From assembly GCF_009914755.1 (NCBI RefSeq), contig NC_060931.1: a DNA stretch of 64,000 nt. One strand, written 5' to 3'. The stretch is from the human T2T-CHM13v2.0 reference genome, Homo sapiens. Within the stretch, counting starts at the first letter, position 1; each line of letters opens with the position of its first letter. Positions 11,821-25,525 of the stretch are shown here, piece by piece. Under the pieces are notes generated by a model, which saw nothing but the letters and a program-made list of their open reading frames with translations, had not been told where the DNA came from and ran no database searches. Both the position numbers and the translations under genes were made by a program.

Positions 11821-13430
11821 TCATTTAGTCTCCTAATGTGCTAGGTACTCGTTAATTAGAACAACCAGCTAGTGGTCTTTGAAAAATCTTACCAGTTGGG
11901 AGGAAGGATTGGGATAATAGTCTGGAGAAAACTGTCTTTGAGTTTTCTCAAAGTGATGCTCTGACATCAAGCTAGTAAGGGAAGAAAGTGGGAAGGTAGG
12001 AGGTAGAAAGGAGAACTTAGGTGGGGGGGTTCCACCATTAGGAACTACCTGTCCCCTCTGATGGAATTAGGCCAGTCAATAGACAGCAGGCGACTTAAAG
12101 GCTTTTCTAAAAAGTCTACTCCAAATCAAATCATGAGGCCTGAAGTCCAGATGCTGAGCTGGGCCATCCTGTCCTTACCTGTATGGGATCTTTGTTGTCA
12201 GTACTCAGGCCTTCATGTGTACAACATGTGACGCTTGCCCTAGATAAGCCCAGTGGTCAATTTCCCAGGGCCTGGATGTTGTACACAGCGGAGAAGATGA
12301 AGTTGCTTGGGGATTTGATGAGGAAGAAGAGTAAGAAAACAAAATGGGGATGGTAGTAGTGGTAATGGTGGGGGTTAAAAGTGAAACCACTTGCAGCAGT
12401 GTGGACACCTCACCAGCCCCAGAAAGCAGGAGGCTGAGGTGCACGCAGTTCCCTACTGGCCACTGCACAGCAGCACACACTGTGTCCAGAAAGTTGGGTG
12501 GGGTCTTCAGGAAAAAAAGAATTGCCTCTTCCCTCAGTCATTTAAATAACATGTTCAGTTAGACAATTACAGAAATTCAGAAAACACAGAAGAGGATAAA
12601 AAAGAACAGACACTATCACTGTTAATATTTGAGGTATTTCTTTTCACTATTTTTTCATACACACACACACACTCTCTCTCTCAATACCTTTTTTCCACTC
12701 AATGTTACTTTGTGAGCACTCCCTCATCATTAAATGTTTCTCAGTGTTTGAAAATGGGACACTGTATCTGGATCTGTCTCTGTTGCTGAAACAATCAATG
12801 TACCTCTCTGCAGCAGAGGACTCCAGAGGAACTTTGGGGGGCGGGGTATTGTTCTGTGTAACATTTCTTAAAACAAAACAAAACAAAAAAACTTTAAAAA
12901 TGCCTTAATCCTCACCATTCTAACATAAAAATTATCAAAGGTTAAGCACTTCAACCCATCTTTTAAACCTATCTGCATTATAAGGAAGGGAAGTCCTCTC
13001 TGTTCCCTGAATTCAGGCGAGCATGAGCAGGGCAAGGGTGGTGGGCTCAGTGGTTGTGGCCTGGAACGCCTCTGGGAAGGATACAAAGGAAAAGAATCCT
13101 CCCATGGCTTTGGGGCTCAGTGGGGAGCCCACATTTCCCCGTTCCCATGGGCTACACCTTGATTCCTTTGCCCTCAGAGCATCTGTCACATCTGAGACAT
13201 GTGCTGGGTGCTGAGGAGGGACAGTGAGCTCTGCGGGTTATGGGAGCAGTAAGGGAAATGGCGCCTCAATGTAGAAAGAGCATGTGGGGAGGATGAGAAC
13301 TTGACCTATGAGGGGCGGAGAGGGGAGTAAGTCTGGGAGGTTGGTGAGGGGTCCCAGAGGTGGAGGCACTGGAGCTGTGCTGGAGAAAGGAGTGGAATTA
13401 AAATGAGAGATACTGAGGGAGAGAGGAAGG

Positions 13431-13999
13431 GACAGGGGACCCGAATATGCAACCCAAAAATGCCTCTTTGCCCTAAGGACTCTTTAGCCGAAGGCAGTTC
13501 AGCAGCAGCAGATGCAGGAAGGAGGCTCCCTGCTCTCCCTCTGTGTGCCTCAAAACAGGACACAAATTTACAAAGTCAGAAGAAAGCCCACTCCCACTTC
13601 TTCTGGGGAGATCAAAGGTTAACCAGTGAAGAGGACTTCAGACTCTTATTGGCCTGGAGATGGTACTGGAGGAATCTACATTAACAAGCTAATACACTAA
13701 CAGGACTTTGTCTGCCTTTTTTTTTTTTTTTCTTTTTTCCTTCCACAAGTTGCTGCTTCCAGAGACTCAAAGCCCTTTTCCTTTGTTACTTCTCTAAAAA
13801 TGTACTTAACTGTTCTTTGTTGAAGATGCTGTATAAGCTATGAGAACTGCCCATTCCCTGGGTGTCTTGTCTCCTGTGTGTATATGAAATACACATGTTG
13901 ATAAACTGTTTTTCTCTTGTTAATCTCTCTTTTGTTAGAGAGAATCTGTTGCAACTAGAACTTATGATGACTGAGGAAAACATTATTTTTTCCTCTACA
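13431..13999 (+). mobile_element. Solo ERV1 LTR (MER34-like)
   Basis: 5' motif GAATATGCAACCCAAAAATGCCTCTTTG; 3' end ATAAACTG...TTTTCCTCTACA; 4-bp TSD AAGG at 13427-13430 and 14000-14003. Confidence 0.7.
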
Positions 14000-16406
14000 A
14001 AGGGCAGGGAGCGTCCTAGGCTAAGGAGTTAACATGGGAAGGAAATGTGGAGACTTGGCCTTACCAGTGGGATCCTTCTCCCATTCCCTGCTCTGCATGA
14101 GGTCTGGGAGTTCGGTACCTCATCTTCTGTCTGATCCGTAAATGCCAATGAAATGGTGAGGACTGTGGATCCTGGTCAGTGCCCAGGAGACTTGGCTGGC
14201 AGAGACTGCTGCCAGCAGCAAGCAGGGAATAAGAAAAGTCTGACTTGCCTTGAGAACAAATGAGGTGGTAGCACTTCTGGATTCTGCCCGAGTCCACAGT
14301 ACCCAGCTTATCCCACCCTCTTCTCTCCAGTACCCAAGCCAGCAATGATGCTGTGAATAAGATGAAATACTAATCGCACTGGAGCACAGCCCTGCCTTCC
14401 AGCCAGCAACTTCGGGGCAGAAAGAGTCAGCTGCCAGCTTTGGGATGTAGGAGCAGCTCATCTCCAGCGCCTGGTCACAGGTGTGGTCACAAGCCTGCTA
14501 TGGCCCTGTGTATCATGACCTGGCATTCTGGCCAGAAAAGGAAACTCACGCTTCCCTCGTGGGATCAGGACCACCAACTGCCACCCATGTCACCTGCCAG
14601 TTAATGGGGCTGGAGCCAGCAGCCCCTTCAGCCCAAGGCTCACTGAATTCTCAGTGGCCTTGGGTGGAGAGAGAACACTCAGAAAAGCCCCCACCAACCC
14701 AGACACAGAGAACGGAAGGGGGAAACTGCCAGAAACCCAAGCAAAGGAAAAGTAAAAGACAAAACAGAAATGACAAGGAGGAAAGGATGCGAGTAAGAAA
14801 AGGGGATGGAGCTGGAGGTGGGAGAGAGGGGATGCCTCCCCTGCACCCTGTGCCCAGAACCCAGGGCGTAGCTTGTATTTCCTTTGTTTTTTGGCGGGTC
14901 AGCCGAGTACAGGTCATTACTTGGCTCCCGCTTTTAACATGGCCGAGGTGCAAGACACCCCCGGCCTGGTGCTTGGCCCTGGAGAGCAGGCAGCAAGACC
15001 GCAGTGGTGGGGAGGAACAGCTGGGGGAGACGCGGTGGGAACCAGCCCCAGCCCAGGCAGTGGCCAGTCACAGCCTTATCTGTACAAATCAAGAAAGAAG
15101 GAAAAAGTCTCTTTCTGCAATGAAGCGCTGCCCTCTGGAAAAATGGGCTTGTCCAACAATCCTGTGGATGTTTTGTATCCCAAGGTAACCCCTGAGCAGC
15201 CCTTCCCTCCTCTCCCAACTCCACGCCTCTGACACAGAATGTACAGATGCGTCCTGAGACCTGTTCTGACCCAAATGCAGCGCTCCTCTGCCAGCCCTCA
15301 GAGGCTTCTCACATCTGCATCCTGGGAGTTCATTTCAGTTTAAACAATGAGCATCTGGACTTTGCATGATGGAATTGTAACAGTACCTAGGGAAGGTGAA
15401 ACCTAGAAATGCTAACTTTGTGATACATTTGTGTGCCATGCTTTTATATCAATAGCTGCTATGAAAAGTACTGAAATAGATTAGTGTTCAGAGACACATA
15501 TTTAAGAAGGGGCAATATAAGTGCTTATGCTATCTTTTTTTTTAAGCTTTAAAAAATAGTCAATCTGCTAGCCTATGAGTGAATTAGCATATCATCAAGC
15601 ATACCAGGTATGTTTCTGATTTTTATACTCCTAGCTCACAGTTGGATGTGAAAGAGCTGCTAACACCTCATGGGGAAGTTTGCAATTTTGTTTTTTAAAA
15701 TGCCCTCTAGACCCATACTTGACTATTGTGCTGTTTCTCGTTGTTTTGTCCCTGTTCCTTATTAGAAAAGTTAGCACCCCCAGCTGCCCATGACACCCAG
15801 GCCCTCAGAGACCTGGGTCAGCAGACAGGCAGCTGAAGCTGAAGTGGATGGTTTGGTGAGAAAAATATCAAAGGCCTTTTTTCTCCTGATCCCCTTTCAT
15901 GCCACTGGGTGGAAGGAAGCAAGAACTTCCTCAGCTGGAAGCTAAATACCCTCCACACTCACCAAATGGCTCTGGGAGCCATCTGGGGCTTTTACAACTT
16001 CAAAGTGGTCTCCCGTGAGCCATCTGTAGGGCCATCCGTTGGGGAAGGTGCTTGGCAAATAAAGTAGGTTGACATATTTGATATTCTGTTCTGATGGGTC
16101 CCCCAATATGACATGAATTTGAAGACTATCAAAGACATGATCCTCCTACAAAAGCTCTCTCTTGACTGCCAGGCTCCCACGTAGGTGAGCAGAGGGGAAA
16201 GCCCCGGCAGCAGCGGTGGCGGGTGAGCACTTCCTTGAGGGCACCTGTGTGCACACAGGGGTGAGGCCCACGCACTCTAATGCAGGAGAGGGGAGTGTCT
16301 CCCCCCAGCCCATACGCTCGCTTTAAAATCAAGAAAGGGCTGCTGCCTTCCATGAAGCTTGCCCTGTTTCCATGTGGTTATGCCAAGCATGCAGCACCTC
16401 TGTTAC

Positions 16407-16576
16407 CTTGTATCTCTTTTTACATCCAGGAACTGGGCAGGCAAAAGGCTTCTCTTCCCCTCCATTCATGCACATGGAGCTGAGGATGGCTTCGGAGCTG
16501 ATGGCACTCTCTGTGGTCCAGGACTCATCGCTGTCCGACTCCTCATAGTCCACCTCCTCCTCGTCATACTCGCTGC
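16407..16576 (-). CDS. JAZF1: JAZF1 exon 4: acidic region and start of zinc finger 2
   Basis: Acceptor cttgtcctgcag|GC and donor AAG|gtaaca. The 170 nt encode (G)SEYDEEEVDYEESDSDESWTTESAISSEAILSSMCMNGGEEKPFACPVPGCKKRYK, in frame with the terminal exon. Confidence 0.97.
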
Positions 16577-19500
16577 CTGCAGGACAAGAGAAGTGCAAGG
16601 ACTGTCAGGAGCGCTCATCTCCCCACAGGTTCACCCGGCCACTTCCAGGACAGGAGATGTGGCCGTGGCAGAGCAGCGCTGACGGCCCAGGGAGAGGGCA
16701 CTCCCGGCACCAGGGGACTGCAAACACGGCTATTCCCTTACAACCCTGGAAGCAGGAGCCCTGCGTTCCCACCTAAGAGACCAGGGCAAGGGCTTCCCAA
16801 CAATTCACAGCTAGGAGTTGGCGGAGCAAGAACATTAACTCGGTTCTATGGCAACCCAGCCTGTGGCTGCAAAGGCACAGGGAAGACTTGCTCTGGGGCC
16901 AAAACCAAAAATAAGCAACGATGACAGGCTCCTCACACTCCCCATGCTAGTGCCTGACACTCCCAAATGAGCAGAACCCTGTCCCCTTAGTTTTATGCTT
17001 TACTGGCCTAGTAAATGCAGAAGTCTCCAAGGTCGGGGGTTACGTTTTGGACTTTTAAGGCATTTCTACTTCAGTGGAATGAATTTCAGGTCTTTTTCTT
17101 TATAGATTTGAGCTGGGAAATTTGGAACTAAAAGAGGGTTACCCTCACGCTAGGGAGCAAGAGGCATAGAAGGCCAGGAGGTCTAAGGATAAATCGCCAG
17201 CGGCAGAATGTGGGGTAGCTCCTGGAAGACGAAGCGATCCCCTACACACGCAGTACTAGGCACCGCATCTGCCCTTCAGCTCATGCGACACTTCCTGCTA
17301 GGGCTGACCCATCACAGTTACGCAGCTCAGACAGGAAGCAGGGATTCTCTTTTATTCCTAAGGGCTAAGAGCTCTGCTGAGAATCGAATTGAAATACACT
17401 CTACTGACTTCTTTGCAAGACGGCAGGGATGGAGAACCACTTCAACAGGCAGCCTCTTTTGCTCTTTTTTAATGAGGCCCAAAGCCATTTATTTGGAGCT
17501 TTTGCACAATACAACCCTGAAGGACATAATTCTACCGATCATAAACAGTGTAAAATAATATGTTGACAAGTCCTAATGCATTTACAAGCCCCGTGGAATA
17601 AATAGGAATTATAGCACAACATTAATAAGAATTATATGGTAGCAATTACAGTTGTGAAATTCATCCCCCAGGTGTGAGGCTACATTGCACCAGGGGCCTG
17701 CCTGGGTGCTTCAGGGGCTTACTCTGCTACATCAATTATTTCAACACCAAATATTGGCACTTTTATTGGGTTTCATTTTAATAGGCATTAATAAGATTGT
17801 TTGAAGAGCCAGTTGCGCCAGGAACAGGGACGCCGGCATCTGAGGCTCAAAGTTGAAAGGAGCCAGGAAGGAAGGAAGGGACCTGAAGTTTACTCAGTGC
17901 CTATGATGTTTCAGGCACACTCTGTGCATTATCTCATTTAATCCTCCAGTAACCCTAGGAGGTGGGGATTACTGTCACTGTTATACACACGAGCAACTGA
18001 GCCCTCGTGAGGTTAAAACGCGCATGTGTTCTGAACTCACCATTAAGGGACGGTGTGCTTTTTCCCTCATTGCTTCCCAGCCCCCAGTGCCAGGCTCTTC
18101 TGAGGGGTTCCCTTTTAATCTCCTTTGAGTTGCTGGCTCTTCACCATTTAATACTGAGATGGAATTCGAAGCAGTCTGTTTTGAAGTCTGTTAGAAATTC
18201 TCGGGTGGTGCAGAAAAAACAATCTGGCAAACATGAAGCTTTGGAGCTAAATGTGGGTTTCAATAAATTCTGCTGTACTTGGCCATAGCTCCCTAAATAA
18301 AGAGAGCCGGTTTGGAAACGCTTGTACCAAGTGACACAGTGGTACCACTCGGCCACGTTGCTTGGGGTCTGTCCTGGAGCAAATCTTGAAATCTGTTTTT
18401 AAGTAGGGCATTGTTTAAGACATTTTACTCTTAAACAAATGCCACATGCTGGCGTCCTTTAACTTGCTTGTTAGAAAACTATAAATGCTATTTCGCAAAG
18501 CTCCTCCAGCGGGACTTCAGAAAGTTAGAAAGACTAATTTATCCATCTAATTGGGCTAATTTGTTAACCTGAATACCAAGAGCCATGAAACATTTAGAAT
18601 TGGGGGAGGGTGGGGCACCTCAGACCAACTGGGGGATTAATGAAGCCCAACAGAAGAGAAAACTTCAAAACTCCACTGGATCAAAAGCGATCAGCCCGAG
18701 GCGTTGAAGCAGCCTACACTGTCTGCGTCTCAGGGGGAAGGCACGTGGTATCCAGCCCCAGGCAGGGCAGGAAGGGGACACACAGCTTACCCTGCAAGTT
18801 GGAACACTTCTGAGAGGGAAAGGTAGTGTAGGCCGACAGGTGGTAAGTTGGAACTATCCCAGGCAAGGTGGGACACACACCACTCGGCAGCAGCTTACCA
18901 CCAAGTCCTTGGGTGAAACTAGTCATCTCCCTCGGTTGCGACAAGATGGACTTTTGTTTATATACTTAATTTTGTCCTCTGACAGAGAACATCAACACAG
19001 ACCTGGGTTCATGCCTTTGCTTTCGTTAGGTGAAGGACAAGCCACTTGGCTTTTATTTTCTCTTTCATGAAACAGGCACAAGTCTCTTCCTTGCAGGTTG
19101 AATTTAAAGATCAGAATGAGTGTGTATAGAATACCTGGGATAGGAGGACCTCCATAGAGTATGCACTGAAAACATGGAAGGCAGTGTAAGCAATGCCATC
19201 TTTGTAATCATATTACATATTCCATATAAAATAAGATGATCTTTAGAAAGGCCTGTTGTGAAACCAAACAAAATAATTCCAAAAGGGTTGGGAATCCCTA
19301 CTAGAAAAAACACAAGAGAGACTCCAGGACCAGACAGGCCCCATCTGCTTTAAGCTCAGAGAAGGAGCAAAGCACACTCCAGCCCCCACCTCCAAGAGGC
19401 TACAGAGGCCAGGAGGGAGCGCAGCTGGGGCTCAGAGCACTGTGAGCCCAGGCAAGTGACGCCACCTCTCTGAGCTTCAAATTGCTCATCTGTAAAATGG

Positions 19501-21125
19501 GCGAACGCCTGTGTGCACTAAGGCTGTTGTGAAGAATAACTGAGTTCCTGTTTTTAGGACTCTGGACAAAATGCCTGGCCCATGGTAGGCCTTAGAGTAG
19601 CACATGGTAAGAAAATAAACAAAATGCTATGTGAGCTGTTTATCTCATTTACTGTTGCCTTGCTCTCTCTTGAGAACAGTCCCCTTTTTAAACCAGAGGA
19701 ACATGCTGGGGTTCTACTACAGCTTTTCTTACTGTACCCCAAATGCTCCCCTTTTATTAACCAGGCGTCCACAGCACCAGGCGGCAGCCAGAGGGCCTGC
19801 GGTGGGCAGCGTAGGGGCTGCGGGACTCGAGTCACAGGCGCTCAGATGCTGGCACCCATTCGCGTCCCTGACAGGGCGTGGGGTGTCCTGCAGAAAACTT
19901 TTGAGGCCAAAACACAACCGCTGTTAGTCTCCTTTCAAACATTTTGGAACTCTAGAAAGAAATACCCTAAAACTAAGTCACCAAAGCCCCTGGGCCAGCC
20001 TCTGTCCTCTGCTTTATCCATTTCCTCATGTTTTCCCACAAGAGGAAAATAAATCCCAAGCTCGTTCATTCATCTTCAATTGCTGCTTCAGCTGCTATCT
20101 CTCAACACTCACTGCAGAATGAACAAATCCCCAGCAGTCTCCACACCTTTGCTAGGGAACTCCTTCCCCATTCCTGGAAAGCAGGAGGTAGCAAAGCTGC
20201 TTCTCCTAGCAACACCCTCCCAAGCTTTTACTCCTGCACTTCAATTAATAAAAATCACGAGCACTGCCCCGACTATGAATGTGTGTGAATATTTTTATTA
20301 TAAATGCCAAATATGTACTAATATATCATTGCAGAAACCACATATGCAAAGAAGCAAAAAGGGTAGGGATAAAATAAGAATAAATATCTTAATACAGGAA
20401 TAGTTTTAATAAATTTTTTATAAGTAGGTACAAAGAATTAATACCCCCTTCTCGCACCTCACTTTGAGCCCACTGCCCTGCATGCCAGCTGGGGCTCCAA
20501 CGGGGCACATCACAGTCTGCACTGAGGCTATCAGGTTGAAATGAGGCTCTGGGCTACTCTAGGGGAAAATGAGGGGACCTTAAGGATGAATACATTCATT
20601 TATTCACATGGCAAACTTTTACCCAACACCTGTCATTAAGTAGAGTTGGTGGTCGTTAGGTCCTGTCTAAACTCCACCCTATAAGCCAAAGGAGAGGTGC
20701 CGGGTGCCCCGCCAGGAGACAGAAGATCATAAGGAAATGAAATGATGTTCTTGTTCTGTGCCTCGCACCATCCCGAGACAAGAAATGTTAATTTCCATAC
20801 AATTTTTGAAACAACAACAAAATATATAAAGTATTTCCTCTGTGTAAAAGAGAGGGGAAAAAACAACTATGTGTATATATAGTTATAAGCAGTTGGGGCA
20901 GGACAGGTCTTTGCAGTGTGAGAGTCACAGAAAGAATCTACCCCTTTGGGGCCCAGAGTGGGCATCTGTGGAGACACTGGCAGATGTCCTCAACGCCACC
21001 CTCTTAGCAAGCTCTGCTGGGGAACTCTGGACTGGGGGGTCAGAATGTTGCAACTCACTTCAGAATGAACAATGCAGACCACTGAATCCCACGCTCATCT
21101 TGGTGTCTCAGAAGTTAGTGACTAG

Positions 21126-21627
<502 letters not shown>

Positions 21628-22020
21628 CTAAATCGCAGGATGCTTCAAGGGAAAGGGACAAGGTGCTAAAAAACAAAACAGAAAAAACCCGTTATGTGCC
21701 AACCACCCCTCCCCATACGTTCCTGCTTGGGGGTCCAGAGGAAAGCTTTCTCACCACTACCACAAAGCTCTCTAGCTTTGTTCATCCTACGTACCTACTA
21801 CTTCATAACTTCTAAGCTACATCTCCCCATTTCTTCCCTCCACCCCACAACCACTGTTTTATTCCCTATCTCTGTATATTTGACATTTTCCACATATAAG
21901 TGAGATCATGTACTATTTTTCTGTGTCTGGCTTATTTCACTTAGCATAATGTCCTTCAGGCTCATCCATGTTGTGGCAAATAGTAGGATCTCCTTTTTGT
22001 AAGGCTGAATAGTATTCCAT

Positions 22021-22158
22021 TGTGTGTGTGTGTATACATATGTACACGTATATATACACGTATACGTGTACATATGTATACGTACATGTACGTATATATA
22101 CATATACGTATACGTGTATATATACGTATACATGTATATATATACATATATACACACA
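22021..22158. repeat. Alternating purine/pyrimidine (TG/TA/CA/CG) microsatellite
   Basis: About 138 bp of strict Y-R alternation containing several internal palindromes. Confidence 0.95.
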
Positions 22159-22685
22159 GATTCTTGGTGCATTCATCCACCGATGGACAAGTTGGTTGTT
22201 TCCAATTCTTGTCTGCTGTAATGCTGGGAGAACATGAGAGTGCAGACATCTTCCTGGGGTGATGATCTCATTTTCTGTGGGTATATAACCAGAAGAGGGA
22301 TTGTTGGGTCATATGGTTAGCTCTATTTTGCTAACACTTGTTATTACTTGTCTTTTTGATCAGAGCTGTCTGAATGGGTGTGCTCTTTTAAGTGCTAGCT
22401 CATGGTGGTTTTGATTGCATTTCTCTGATGCTTAGTGATGCGCACCTTTTCATATCCTGTTGGCCATTTTTATGGTTTCTTTGGAAAAATGCCTATCCAG
22501 GTCCTTTGCCCATTTTTTAATCAAGTTATTTGTTTTTCTGCTATTGAGTTGTATGAGTACTTTGTAAATTTTGGCTGTTAACCCCTTATCAGATATATGG
22601 TTTGCAAATATTTTCCCTAATCCATAGATTGCTATTTCATCTTATTGTTTCCTTTGCTGTGCAGAAGCTTTTTAGTTTGATGTAG

Positions 22686-23043
<358 letters not shown>

Positions 23044-23397
23044 TAGACTGAACTTCAGGTGTGATATCCAAAAAATTCATTGACAAGGCTAATGTCAAGT
23101 TGCTTTCTCCCCCACATTCTCCTGTTCTCTAAGAGTTTTACGGCTTCAGATCTTATATCCATTTGGAGTTGATTTGTGTGTATGGTATAAGATAAGGGAC
23201 CAATTTCATTCGAGTCTATGTAGAAACCCAGTTGTCCCAGCACCAATTACTGAAGAGACTATCCTTTTCCCATTGTGTTCCCTCTGTGCCCTCGTCAAAA
23301 AGCAGTTGAATACATGTGGGCTCTCTCTTCTGTTCCACTGGTCTATGTGGCTGATTTCATCACAGTACCATACTGTTTTGATTATCTTTGCTTTATA

Positions 23398-23689
23398 ATT
23401 TTTATTTTGAGATGGAGTCTTGCACTGTCGCCCAGGCTGGAATGCAGTGGTGTAATCTCAGTTCACTGCAACCTCCGCCTCGTAGGTTCGAGTGACTCTC
23501 CTGCCTCAACCTCTTGAGTAGCTGGGATTACAGGCACCAGCCACCATGCCCAGCTAATTTTTGTATTTTTTGTGGAGACAGGGTTTTGCTATGTTGGCCA
23601 GGGTGGTCTCGAACTCCTGACCTCAGGTGATCCGCCCGTCTCAGCCTCCCAAAGTCCTGGGATTACAGCATGAGCCACCGTGCCCAGCC
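23398..23689 (-). mobile_element. Alu (AluS-like)
   Basis: Antisense full Alu with flanking TATAAT direct repeats. Confidence 0.93.
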
Positions 23690-25467
23690 TATAATATAAT
23701 TTTAAAGCAGGAACTGTGATGCCTCCAACTTTACTTTTTCTTTCTTAGGATCACTTTGGTTATTTAGGGTCTTTGTGGTTCTACATCAGTTTTAGGATTG
23801 TTTTTACTGTTTCCGTGAAGGATGCCATTAGGATTCTGATAGGGATTGCACTGATTCCATATGTCACTTTGGGTAGTGTGGACATTTTAAGAACATTCAT
23901 TCTTCTGATGCATGAGCAAGGGATATTTTTCATTTATTTGTGTCTTCTTCAATTTCCTTCATCAATGTTTTAGTTGTCAGTGTACAAATCTTTCACCTCC
24001 TCATTAAATTTATTCCTTTTTTTGATGTGATCATAAATGGGATTGTTGTCTTGATTTCTTTTTCAGCTAGATTGTTATTTGTGTATGGACATGCTACTGA
24101 TTTTTGTATATTGATAATGTATCCTGCAACCTTACTGAATTCATCTTCCTCTGTACTTAAAAACAAAAATCAGTTGGATTAGATTTGTAACTTTGATGAA
24201 ACCATTCTCTATCAGAGGAGAATGCGCTCAGAGATCTACCTTTCAAAAGGACACAAGGTTTAAGGACACAAAGGATCCACCGGCTGTGACACTGGGTGAG
24301 TGCGACAGTAGGGTGGAGAGTCAGCCCAGCAATCCCTTTTATTGGGATGGTTAATTGTTTCTGCTGATGCTCTGATTGAAGTGCCACGGTTTTGAGGCCC
24401 TATTATTTTTTAATGAACAAATGGGCAGATTGTAGGAATGTGTACATGTCATGGCAGCCAAAATGCCTGTTTTTTGATTTGGCCTCCTTTTGCTCTAAGC
24501 TATTAGCTCCTTAAATTCTGGCACTTGTCTTTATACCCAAACCTACCTGTGCTTACTTGATTTTTTATTTTAGTAAAAATTCTAGCTGCCTAAGAATGGG
24601 CAAATTTTGTTTTACATGTGCATTTAACCAGAGAAACATCTTTGCCATTTAGGCTGGAGGTGCCACCTATGAACCTGGCCCTAGGAGAGGTGCTTTCCAC
24701 ATCACCAGCCTTTGTCTCCCCAACTGATCAGAGGGGAAAGCTGGGGTGTGGGAGGGTAAGGGATGTGCCACAGGTCACCTGGCTAGCAACAGGCCCATCA
24801 GGTCTTTGGTTTCAAAATTTGTGTTCCTTTGATTTATTTTTAAATTGAATATCCCCTGTGTGACGGGGAGAACAGAGACGCGACAAAGCAAGGCCCTGGA
24901 GACGGGCTGCAGGGAGAGGAAAACGAACACAACGCATGGAGTCGCTCAAAACCACACGTGACGTTCAGTGTGTGAGCAGGTGGGGGCAGCAGGCTAAGCC
25001 TCGTGACAGCCAGTGATGGGACCCTGCCACCCAGGTGGCTGTGGTCCAGTCTTCCAAAGGCAAGGGACAAGAGCTGCCTTTGTAAGGCTCTCTGTAGTCT
25101 CAGATATGATTAATCAATTTTAAAATGGTGTTCGCTAATGTTAGAGTTTCTGCAAGAAAACGTAATTTAACCTGACACTGTCACATATAAAAATTGGCTG
25201 CCACTCATCTTTCTTGGGTTGAGTTTTCTATTTTCATACTCCATGGTTTCATAACCACTGTGGTGGGAACCTGGGGCAGGCAGGACAGCAACCGAAAGGG
25301 GCCTCAAGAGCTCATTTCAGCATTTCAGTTGGGGAAATGAGCAAAACGAAGGTAGGACCCTGTGATAAAACAAATATATTCCACAGGATGGCTGGGGAGC
25401 TTCTACTGGTTGTTGGCAAAGGAGGTAAAAATCACTGTCAGTTTCATGAATCAATATTGGAACCCTT

Positions 25468-25480
25468 ACACACAGACACA

Positions 25481-25522
<42 letters not shown>
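25468..25522. repeat. (CA)n microsatellite
   Basis: About 20 uninterrupted CA units preceded by CAGACA units. Confidence 0.95.

Positions 25523-25525
<3 letters not shown>

Noticed and set aside
14481-15188. 235-aa ORF, the longest in the window
   Set aside because: GTG start, no recognisable domain, low-complexity purine-rich stretches and overlapping ORFs in several frames; a chance ORF in GC-richer intronic DNA.
16329-16406. ORF-track extension VTEVLHAW... after JAZF1 exon 4
   Set aside because: Read-through past the AAG|gtaaca donor into intron 4.
21906-22262. Cluster of Tyr/Ile/Thr/Val-rich ORFs on both strands
   Set aside because: Artefact of the stop-free alternating microsatellite.
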